This document shows positions 39,493-46,391 of a DNA stretch of 64,000 nt, one piece after another; the stretch's first letter is position 1, and each line of letters begins with the position of its first letter. The DNA comes from Candidatus Saccharimonadales bacterium. Its GTDB lineage: Bacteria > Patescibacteriota > Saccharimonadia > Saccharimonadales > EFPC-124. The notes beneath the pieces were generated by a model. That model was not told the DNA's origin. It made no database searches and saw only the letters and a list, made by a program, of their open reading frames with translations. Position numbers and translations under genes: made by a program. The DNA is taken from positions 562,659 through 626,658 of the forward strand of contig DATIBO010000006.1 in the NCBI GenBank assembly GCA_035457485.1, in the 5' to 3' direction.

Positions 39493-40395
39493 ATGGACAT
39501 ACTCGTAAAACTTTTACCCACGTTTGGCTTGATAGGTCTCGGTTACTTCCTTAAACGACAGGGCATATTTAATGCCGACTTAGGTCGAACCTTGCTCAAA
39601 TTTGTATTTTTGGTGGCCGCGCCTGTACTGACATTGCGGTCAATAAGCCAGCTACATCTCGATTCTTCGCTGCTCGCTATTTTCATATTGCCTCTAGTGC
39701 TAACCGCTGCGTCATACGTCTTAGTTAAACCACTCGAGAAGAGAGTTAACCTCAAGCCCAAACAATTTGCAGTATTTCTCATGGCTACAATGGCCGTCAA
39801 TTCTGGATTCACACTTCCATTCGTAATGTCTATTGCTGGGGATGATGGCGCAGCAAGAGTGGCACTTTTTAACGTTTTGAACGGCTTCATGGTTTTTGGC
39901 TGGGTGTATTCGATTGCTATTTCCTACGGCCATCGAGAAAACCTACGTAAAATAGATATACTGAAAGCAGTTACTGTTACGCCGGCTTTCATTACGCTAA
40001 TTGTTGCGCTCGCCATGAACTTCACTAGTACTGAGATTCCTAGCTGGATAAGCCCGACAGTGAATATGCTGGCAGATCTAACTGCGCCACTAATTTTGCT
40101 TGCCCTTGGACTTATCTTAGAACCTCGGCTCATGTTCCCGACGCAGACGTTTCAGTCGCTATTTATCCGAATGGTAGGTGGGCTAGCAATTGGTGTTGCG
40201 TTCGTAATAGTATTCGGCTTGACGGGCGTGGACAGGATAGCCGTGTTGATCCTAGCGGCTTCGCCCGTTGGTTTTAATGCCGTAACATTTTCGTCCTTAG
40301 AGAAACTAGACGATACATTTGCGGCTAGCATTGTTAGTATGGGGCTGCTCGCCGGCCTAGTACTTATATCTATATTAACGGTACTCCTTAGCTAG
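39493..40395 (+). CDS. AEC-family (auxin efflux carrier / permease) transporter
   Basis: About 10 TM segments; typical AEC N- and C-terminal sequences. Confidence 0.7.
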   Translation: MDILVKLLPTFGLIGLGYFLKRQGIFNADLGRTLLKFVFLVAAPVLTLRSISQLHLDSSLLAIFILPLVLTAASYVLVKPLEKRVNLKPKQFAVFLMATMAVNSGFTLPFVMSIAGDDGAARVALFNVLNGFMVFGWVYSIAISYGHRENLRKIDILKAVTVTPAFITLIVALAMNFTSTEIPSWISPTVNMLADLTAPLILLALGLILEPRLMFPTQTFQSLFIRMVGGLAIGVAFVIVFGLTGVDRIAVLILAASPVGFNAVTFSSLEKLDDTFAASIVSMGLLAGLVLISILTVLLS

Positions 40396-40519
40396 AATCT
40401 TCATCCATAACAGCTCTAATCTCTTCAATATCAACTTTATCTAGCTCACCGGGAGTTATCTTAGCGAACTGAAACCCCTGCCAGGAATTTTCGTATCTGT
40501 TAATTACGATTTTCTTCAT
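40388..40519 (-). CDS. 43-aa micro-protein, WQG[FW]Q family copy 1
   Basis: MKKIVINRYENSWQGFQFAKITPGELDKVDIEEIRAVMDEDSS. GAGGAAA RBS. Convergent with the AEC gene, overlapping its end by 8 nt. Confidence 0.55.
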   Translation of the reverse strand: MKKIVINRYENSWQGFQFAKITPGELDKVDIEEIRAVMDEDSS

Positions 40520-40537
40520 AGCTATTAAATTTCCTCA

Positions 40538-40554
40538 TCTGTTAAAAAGTTCGA
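40538..40554. repeat. 17-nt conserved box TCTGTTAAAAAGTTCGA, copy 1 (5' UTR of micro-ORF 1)
   Basis: Identical 17-mer at 41687-41703. Confidence 0.7.
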
Positions 40555-40601
40555 GTCCTGACACTGGGAGAACGGGCTGAACTTTGGTATTATTAGCGAA
40601 T

Positions 40602-41501
40602 ATGAAAGCCAAAAAAGCCTCTCGTGCGCCAATCGGCGCAAGCCTGATAGTACTGTCGTCAGTTTTTTACGCTACATATGGTGTATGGACCGTACTCATG
40701 GGCAATTTTTTTGGTAGTTTTACGGCTAGCGCCCTACGCTGCCTATTAGTACTCGGCGGTTTAATCATCGTCGCCATTGCGCGTCGAGAACTACAAAAAA
40801 TTAACTGGCGTCGTGACCGTAAATGGTTAGTGACTATGGTTATCTCGTCAATTTTTGTTTCTGCGCCGCTATATTATGCGGTCTTAAATGCCGGCATTGG
40901 CATAAGCCTTGCCATTGCTTATATTGGCATCGTCATCGGTATGTTTATGTTTGGCTGGTTGTTTGAAGGCGAACGATTTACTAGAGAAAAATTAGTGGCA
41001 ACTATGCTAGGTGTATTCGGCATCGTGTTAGTATTTTCACCGAGCATTAAATTAGGTGGTTGGCTGGCGCTTGTCGGCGCATTAGTGGCCGGATTAGCAA
41101 CTGCCGCCAACATGGCGACGGCTAAAAAAGTTCCATATAACGGGTCACAATCTGCCATTTTAGTATGGGGATCTGGCGTAATCGCAAATGTGCCCCTAGT
41201 TTTCCTACTTGGAGAGCCGCTGCCATCAATTGGATGGCATGTCCAATGGATATACCTGCTATTGTTCGCAGTCGCATCCTTAGTAGCTTCGTGGACGTTT
41301 ATTAAAGGACTAAAGTTGGTGGAGGCAGGCGCAGCAGGTATTTTGGGCTTACTAGAAGTCGTATTTGGAGTACTATTCGGTGTCATCTTCTTCCATGAAC
41401 GCCCTAGTCTCGTGGTTCTGATTGGAATTGCAAGTATCGTTGCTGCTGCGGCCATACCGTACTTGCAGCACTACAATGCCCGGAGGGGCACATTAGATTA
41501 A
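40602..41501 (+). CDS. DMT-superfamily (EamA-like) transporter, apparently leaderless
   Basis: 10 TM segments forming two EamA-like halves. TATTAT (40588-40593) lies 8 nt before ATG 40602. Confidence 0.7.
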   Translation: MKAKKASRAPIGASLIVLSSVFYATYGVWTVLMGNFFGSFTASALRCLLVLGGLIIVAIARRELQKINWRRDRKWLVTMVISSIFVSAPLYYAVLNAGIGISLAIAYIGIVIGMFMFGWLFEGERFTREKLVATMLGVFGIVLVFSPSIKLGGWLALVGALVAGLATAANMATAKKVPYNGSQSAILVWGSGVIANVPLVFLLGEPLPSIGWHVQWIYLLLFAVASLVASWTFIKGLKLVEAGAAGILGLLEVVFGVLFGVIFFHERPSLVVLIGIASIVAAAAIPYLQHYNARRGTLD

Positions 41502-41677
41502 CCTGAGCCTGGGTCGAAAAGCTCGCGAATCTCATCAACATCCACTTTTTCAAGTTCCTCATCTGTAGGAGTTTGATTCCCGAACTGCCACCCCTGCCAG
41601 ATCAAGTTTGAAGTATTGTGACCGAACCTCACCTCTGTTGAGTTTTTTGTTTTTCTAAGATTTGACATTTTACGCAT
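41498..41677 (-). CDS. 59-aa micro-protein, WQG[FW]Q family copy 2
   Basis: MRKMSNLRKTKNSTEVRFGHNTSNLIWQGWQFGNQTPTDEELEKVDVDEIRELFDPGSG. AGAGG RBS. Overlaps the DMT stop by 4 nt. Confidence 0.55.
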   Translation of the reverse strand: MRKMSNLRKTKNSTEVRFGHNTSNLIWQGWQFGNQTPTDEELEKVDVDEIRELFDPGSG

Positions 41678-41686
41678 ACATCAACC

Positions 41687-41703
41687 TCTGTTAAAAAGTT
41701 CGA
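41687..41703. repeat. 17-nt conserved box TCTGTTAAAAAGTTCGA, copy 2
   Basis: Identical to 40538-40554. Confidence 0.7.
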
Positions 41704-41742
41704 TTCCATTCTCTCGTTAATATCTTTTGTTATAGTAGATCT

Positions 41743-42729
41743 ATGCAAAACACACAAACACCACAATCCGTTCCAGAGCACCTTGTTAAAGCAAATCCTA
41801 AATTGTGGCAAGTTGCCAATGAGATCAACTGGGAAGAGCTAGACCCAAACCTAAGTATTGTCGTAGGCAGTTCGTTTGTTGACCCTGCTGACCCATTTGG
41901 GCTAATGGGCAATCCATTCGCAGTTGCAGTTGGTACTAATGTTGCCGGGCTAGATGCAAACGAGCGTCTAGAGATCGCCAAACGAACAAACACGCCAGAG
42001 ACCGTCTTTATAAATAGCTGTGAGCACAATGAGACAAACAACTATGCCATTAACCTTACCGTTTATACGCCCTCCGGTTCTGAAATGGGAGCCTGTGCAC
42101 ACGGATTTTTAGGAGCAATTCAAACGTTGCTTCAAACTGGAAAAATTTCAGCCAATTCTACTTTGTCGATCGTGACCACACTCAACACCTCAGCGAATGC
42201 TACTATTGACGAGCTCGGCAATATTGCTCTTGAATTTCAAGCTGCTGCACCGCAGTCACTAGTAGTCGACGGCGAAACACTTACCAATATTTACAGTATT
42301 TCGCTGGGTGATTACAAAAACTGCGGCGTGCTTTCTGTGGGTTCACCAAAACTTACTATTGAAATAGCACCAGAGGTCTTCGACAGCCTTCAGCGTAATC
42401 TGGGAAAAATAGACTACGAAGCACTCCTGAAGTTCCAGGACAGCGGTAAGGTTAACGGCATTCATATATTTTGCCGAAATCTTCAAACTATGCTCCCAGA
42501 AAAGTGTATTCAAAACAACGCCTATTCTGGCCCAGACAACCTGGCCGATCGCGCAACCGGTGTGTCAAATGCGGCCCAGATCAGCGCCGATGAAAATATT
42601 AAGGTAGGCCAATCGCTTAAGGTTACACAGTACAGTTTTAGCGGGCCCTCAGCCATCCTTGCGTTAACAAAACTCGAAAATGGGAAAATCATGGTTGGTG
42701 GTGCAACTGCACTGTTTAATGTAGAGTAG
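41743..42729 (+). CDS. PhzF-family (DAP-epimerase fold) isomerase-like protein, leaderless
   Basis: GNPFAV...PETVFI motif pattern typical of PhzF. TGTTATAGT ends 6 nt before the ATG. Confidence 0.6.
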   Translation: MQNTQTPQSVPEHLVKANPKLWQVANEINWEELDPNLSIVVGSSFVDPADPFGLMGNPFAVAVGTNVAGLDANERLEIAKRTNTPETVFINSCEHNETNNYAINLTVYTPSGSEMGACAHGFLGAIQTLLQTGKISANSTLSIVTTLNTSANATIDELGNIALEFQAAAPQSLVVDGETLTNIYSISLGDYKNCGVLSVGSPKLTIEIAPEVFDSLQRNLGKIDYEALLKFQDSGKVNGIHIFCRNLQTMLPEKCIQNNAYSGPDNLADRATGVSNAAQISADENIKVGQSLKVTQYSFSGPSAILALTKLENGKIMVGGATALFNVE

Positions 42730-42733
42730 ACAT

Positions 42734-42910
42734 TTAGCGGTCATTACTTTCAAGGAGTAATTTTCGTAATCGACCCAGTGATTCTTCATTGTAATTGTCT
42801 ATCCAAAACATTCGATCGGCCAACTGCCACCCCTGCCATGAAATTATCCAATAACTACAGATTGAACTGTAGATATTTTTATTTGGTAAAATAGAATCAT
42901 GGATAACCAC
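42734..42910 (-). CDS. Divergent third WQGWQ copy; start unclear (GTG?), possibly 5'-truncated or decaying
   Basis: ...SYWIISWQGWQLADRMFWIDNYNEESLGRLRKLLLESNDR. No ATG upstream of the motif. Lacks the 17-nt box. Confidence 0.3.
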   Translation of the reverse strand: MVIHDSILPNKNIYSSICSYWIISWQGWQLADRMFWIDNYNEESLGRLRKLLLESNDR

Positions 42911-42915
42911 GAGAA

Positions 42916-43044
42916 GTTGGATTTAACGTTGTGACGTTCTCATCACTAGAGAAGCTTGATGATACGTTTGCGGCAAGTATCGTAAGTACGGGGCTACTCG
43001 CTGGTCTGGTACTTATATCTGCGTTGACTATATTCCTTGGCTAA
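42916..43044 (+). pseudogene. 3' remnant (42 codons plus stop) of a second AEC-family transporter gene
   Basis: VGFNVVTFSSLEKLDDTFAASIVSTGLLAGLVLISALTIFLG matches the C-terminus of 39493..40395 at 36/42 residues. An in-frame stop lies just upstream, at 42904. Confidence 0.8.
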
Positions 43045-43126
43045 CACAGCGCGGGTTACCGCTTAATTGCTACCGCCAAACAACTAGCGACAAATACCCG
43101 TACCCTTTGCGAATTAAAATTCATAA

Positions 43127-43675
43127 CTATTTTAAAACCAAAAACTCTAGCGTAGTTCGCTGACCTAACTCTGTAATACGAGTTTTTTTAAGATTTACAT
43201 GATTCAAGCCTTCGAACAACTTTTGACCATCGCCTAAGATCACAGGTACAATGCTGACTTGGAGTTCGTCAATTAATCCGGCATTCAACAGCCGTGTGGC
43301 GACATTCGGCCCGCCTACCACCATTACGTTTTTACTGCCCGCAGCTTGCTTGGCCTGTTCAACCGCCTTTGCGGCATTATTTACAAATGTAAAACTTAAT
43401 CTATCGTTGCTTTTTGGAGTTTTTGCCGGAGCTTGTTCGGTGATTACGAAAATTGGAGTCTGATATTCGTAAGAGTCCGCGTAAGCATCCGGGTCGTCGG
43501 CCATTTCAAAAGTCCGTCTTCCCATTACAACTGCGCCGGTATTTGCGATTGATTCTTTCATAAAATCGCTTTCTGTAAACTCTTTAAAATCTGGGTAGAG
43601 TTCGGCTACGCTGCCGTTTTTGTCGTTAATAAAACCATCTACTGAGACGCTCATTCCAAAAATAACTTTAGCCAT
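43127..43675 (-). CDS. Dihydrofolate-reductase-like (RibD C-terminal domain) family protein
   Basis: MAKVIFGMSVSVDGFI... typical of this family. AGGAG RBS before ATG 43675. Confidence 0.75.
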   Translation of the reverse strand: MAKVIFGMSVSVDGFINDKNGSVAELYPDFKEFTESDFMKESIANTGAVVMGRRTFEMADDPDAYADSYEYQTPIFVITEQAPAKTPKSNDRLSFTFVNNAAKAVEQAKQAAGSKNVMVVGGPNVATRLLNAGLIDELQVSIVPVILGDGQKLFEGLNHVNLKKTRITELGQRTTLEFLVLK

Positions 43676-43750
43676 AAAACTCCTGTTTTTTACTATTATA
43701 GCTACCAAACGTCTTGTTGTCGTTGGTGATTTGTTTTAGTATTAATTTTT

Positions 43751-44584
43751 ATGTCAGAAACAGCTGTTAATACCTATTTGAATAGTCAATTTGTGCGTGA
43801 GCTTGAACGGCTAGGTGTTGCAAATGATACAACCGACACAAATGAAAAGCTTTTTAGAAAAATTGAGTGGGCGTTGCGAACACGCCTTATTGCAGGGCGA
43901 CTGGCGCTACGATATTACCAAAATCCACAAAGATTAATGCACGGAACCTACTTAAGGTATGAGGAAACTGGTGGCGTTTTAAAGCCGAACGCGCCCTGTA
44001 GAACTGATCGCCAGGGAAGGCTCTACCCAATGGGTCGGGCTGCAGTTTGCGCTACTCTAAACGACATTGAGCAGCCAATTCGAAAGGCCTTGCTTCATCA
44101 TAGGCGACCAGAGATGAGTGGAGTCAGAATCTCGCTTTATCGTTGGAAAGATTCGCTAGGACGACCTTGGAATTTTACAACCCAAGCCGCGTTAGATCGC
44201 CTGCAAGATGGCGCAATGGGCACGGTTATGTTCTGGCAAATGCATCAGCAAATACCACCGTTTTATGATGAAGCTACCGGTGAGACCTACGACAACGAAC
44301 GATGGATTTATGAAGATGTAAAGGTCAATAACGATCAATGGACAACCGTTGGATACGAAGATCTTAAGCTGGACTACGAATCGGGAATTCCTAGTCCAAA
44401 TCAGGATTTGTTCGTAATAAACGCTCCCGAGCAGGATGCGTTTGCGTTCCTGGATCTTTTATTAAAGCATGATAATTTTATTGATCTTGCAGACAAGGTA
44501 GGGATTGATATTTATCCTTTGAGTGGCTATTTCCCGTCGGACTTGAATCCTTACGTAATTAAGGCTACTCATTCAAGGAGGTAG
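43751..44584 (+). CDS. Hypothetical protein (277 aa)
   Basis: Long ORF at background GC. No family recognised. Confidence 0.55.
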   Translation: MSETAVNTYLNSQFVRELERLGVANDTTDTNEKLFRKIEWALRTRLIAGRLALRYYQNPQRLMHGTYLRYEETGGVLKPNAPCRTDRQGRLYPMGRAAVCATLNDIEQPIRKALLHHRRPEMSGVRISLYRWKDSLGRPWNFTTQAALDRLQDGAMGTVMFWQMHQQIPPFYDEATGETYDNERWIYEDVKVNNDQWTTVGYEDLKLDYESGIPSPNQDLFVINAPEQDAFAFLDLLLKHDNFIDLADKVGIDIYPLSGYFPSDLNPYVIKATHSRR

Positions 44585-44614
44585 CCCCGTCCCGCATAAC
44601 TCAGCGGGACAGGG
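44585..44614. terminator. GC-rich hairpin between the convergent genes
   Basis: CCCCGTCCCGC / GCGGGACAGGG stem (one mismatch), 8-nt loop. Confidence 0.55.
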
Positions 44615-44617
44615 CCT

Positions 44618-45898
44618 TTACACCCGAGCTGCTTGCAGTTTTTGCTGACTGCGCCGAAGCAAGTCACGGAATTCGACTCGAAGGAAGCTGTCCTCTGGTG
44701 CCTCGTTGAGTCTCTTCATGATGTGAAGGACCAGATCGTAGAGGTCACCGCAGTACACCGACCGGTTACGATAACCTATGCTTCCGTCGGGCAGAAGTTT
44801 CGCCCTCTCTGAAGGCAGACCGCCGCCACAGATCGAGAAGATGTCGCACGACTGACATTCAGACGCGCCTTCCGGGATTCCGCGTTCGTCGGTCATCCTC
44901 AGGATCCAGTACAGAGCGCGTGTCGCCTTGTCGTCGAACACGTTCAGGCCGAAGAGAGAATCCTCGCCTTGCTCGACGCTCTTGTACCAATCGGGGAGGG
45001 CGTAACTGCCATCTACGTCGACAGCGATAGCACCCATGATCCACGGGCCGATCATTTCGATGTTTTCGAACCACGCCAGCTCAAAATCGAGAGCGTAGCC
45101 AGCAATGTGCTGGATGATCTTTTCGAAGATCAAAATTCGGGGTTGCATCTTTTGCTCGACCCAGTGATCGAACAGGCGGCTGTACCAGTCGCCGTACGGA
45201 TTGTAGCCGTCCTCGACAGTCACGATGCCCGGTGGCGGTTCGTCCCAGTTGCCTAGCGGGCGAAGCGGGTCGATCGGCACGCCGAACTGCGACATGTAAT
45301 CGAGCCACGTTGCGGGGTCACGGTTAAACTGCGTGTACGACAGAATCGCGTCCAAAAGCCCCTTGTACCGTGGCTTACGTAGAATGTTCAGGCCACGCAA
45401 AACATCCGCGTGGCTGCTACGCCCGTTGTGGTAAAGGCGCATACCGTTGAATGCTTCGTCGCCATCCAGGCTGACACCGACGGTGATGCCCAGGCGGAAG
45501 AACTCTTCGGCGATCGCCTCTGTCAGCATTGTCGCGTTCGTTTGAACACTGATGTCGACCAAGACGCCAGGCAGCATGCTCCGAATCGAAGCGAATAGGC
45601 GGAAAATCGCCATACTCGCCAGCAGAGGCTCGCCACCATGCAGCACGATGCTGGTCGCCGAGAGTTGGTGCTCGCGCACATACTCAACGATCCGCTTAAT
45701 CGTCGTGCGTGCCGTCTTGACGGTCATCGCTTTAGGCAGATCTCGCCATGACTGATCCTTTAGGAAGAACATGTAGCAGTACGGTTCGCACTTAAGATTG
45801 CACCGGCGGTGAATCTTAATCACAAACTGCCTGGAGACATGCCTCTTTTCTATCCGGATCCGGCGAGGTCTCCTCAGCTCCTCTAGAGGAATATGCAA
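44618..45898 (-). CDS. Radical SAM/SPASM-domain peptide-maturase-like protein, FxsB-like, with CX3CX3C cluster motif
   Basis: ...HRRCNLKCEPYCYMF..DQSW..VLHGGEPLL..SLDGD..GRSSH..CQSCDIFSICGGG..SVYCGDL. TTG start 6 nt after AAGGAG. Confidence 0.75.
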   Translation of the reverse strand: MHIPLEELRRPRRIRIEKRHVSRQFVIKIHRRCNLKCEPYCYMFFLKDQSWRDLPKAMTVKTARTTIKRIVEYVREHQLSATSIVLHGGEPLLASMAIFRLFASIRSMLPGVLVDISVQTNATMLTEAIAEEFFRLGITVGVSLDGDEAFNGMRLYHNGRSSHADVLRGLNILRKPRYKGLLDAILSYTQFNRDPATWLDYMSQFGVPIDPLRPLGNWDEPPPGIVTVEDGYNPYGDWYSRLFDHWVEQKMQPRILIFEKIIQHIAGYALDFELAWFENIEMIGPWIMGAIAVDVDGSYALPDWYKSVEQGEDSLFGLNVFDDKATRALYWILRMTDERGIPEGASECQSCDIFSICGGGLPSERAKLLPDGSIGYRNRSVYCGDLYDLVLHIMKRLNEAPEDSFLRVEFRDLLRRSQQKLQAARV

Positions 45899-46025
45899 TT
45901 TCAGCTCCTTAGGTGCGCGGCATCGTTGCCGTAAGTGTATTTTATCACTTGAATAAAAATCGTTTTAATGCAAACCTAAAAGTACAACACGAGGTGTTGA
46001 AGAATGGCCAGAGGAGGTGAAAAAT

Positions 46026-46328
46026 ATGAGCCTGGTCACAGAGCTGGTAAAGCCCGGTCCGACCGATCTGCGGGAGATCCGCATGAATCGGTTGCGTGGT
46101 GAGATGGGAGCACGTGTCCGCCCGCGCAAGCGCGGTGGGTCGCGCCGCCCGCCGAACCGCGAGCCTTACATGCCGTTCACGATCGGATCCTCGAGTCGAC
46201 GTCGCGGCAGTGACGTTCCGTGGACACTGATGGCCGCCGCATTCCAGTCGAGCGGAGCCAGACGTCTGCGCGTGTTCCGGCGCCGTGTTGGCGTGTACGT
46301 CACCGTACACGCGCGTGTGCTCGGCTGA
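46026..46328 (+). CDS. Arg-rich 100-aa ORF of doubtful coding status
   Basis: Strong GAGGAGG RBS 8 nt before the ATG, and the highest GC at third positions of this frame. However, composition is extreme (Arg/Gly/Pro) and no family was recognised. Confidence 0.3.
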   Translation: MSLVTELVKPGPTDLREIRMNRLRGEMGARVRPRKRGGSRRPPNREPYMPFTIGSSSRRRGSDVPWTLMAAAFQSSGARRLRVFRRRVGVYVTVHARVLG

Positions 46329-46345
46329 TCAGCTGAGCAGTACAC

Positions 46346-46382
46346 GCAAAAAAGCCCGGTTCCCTCATTGCGGAACCGGGCC
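46346..46382 (-). terminator. Rho-independent terminator of the Mur-ligase gene
   Basis: CCCGGTTCC / GGAACCGGG stem followed, on the minus strand, by TTTTTT. Confidence 0.75.
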
Positions 46383-46391
46383 GCATCAAAC

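Larger units (their letters stand above)
44585..46345. other. GC-elevated segment C (radical SAM gene about 55% GC; 46026-46328 higher)
   Basis: 60-mer 45001-45060 has 33/60 G+C (hand count). Multiple shadow ORFs. Confidence 0.55.

Noticed and set aside
45945-46310. 121-aa minus-strand ORF upstream of the radical SAM gene, considered as a possible precursor peptide or partner.
   Set aside because: It is the exact codon-aligned antisense of the plus-strand ORF, runs into AT-rich promoter DNA, has no RBS and has implausible composition. No peptide ending in FXSXX was found on either strand.
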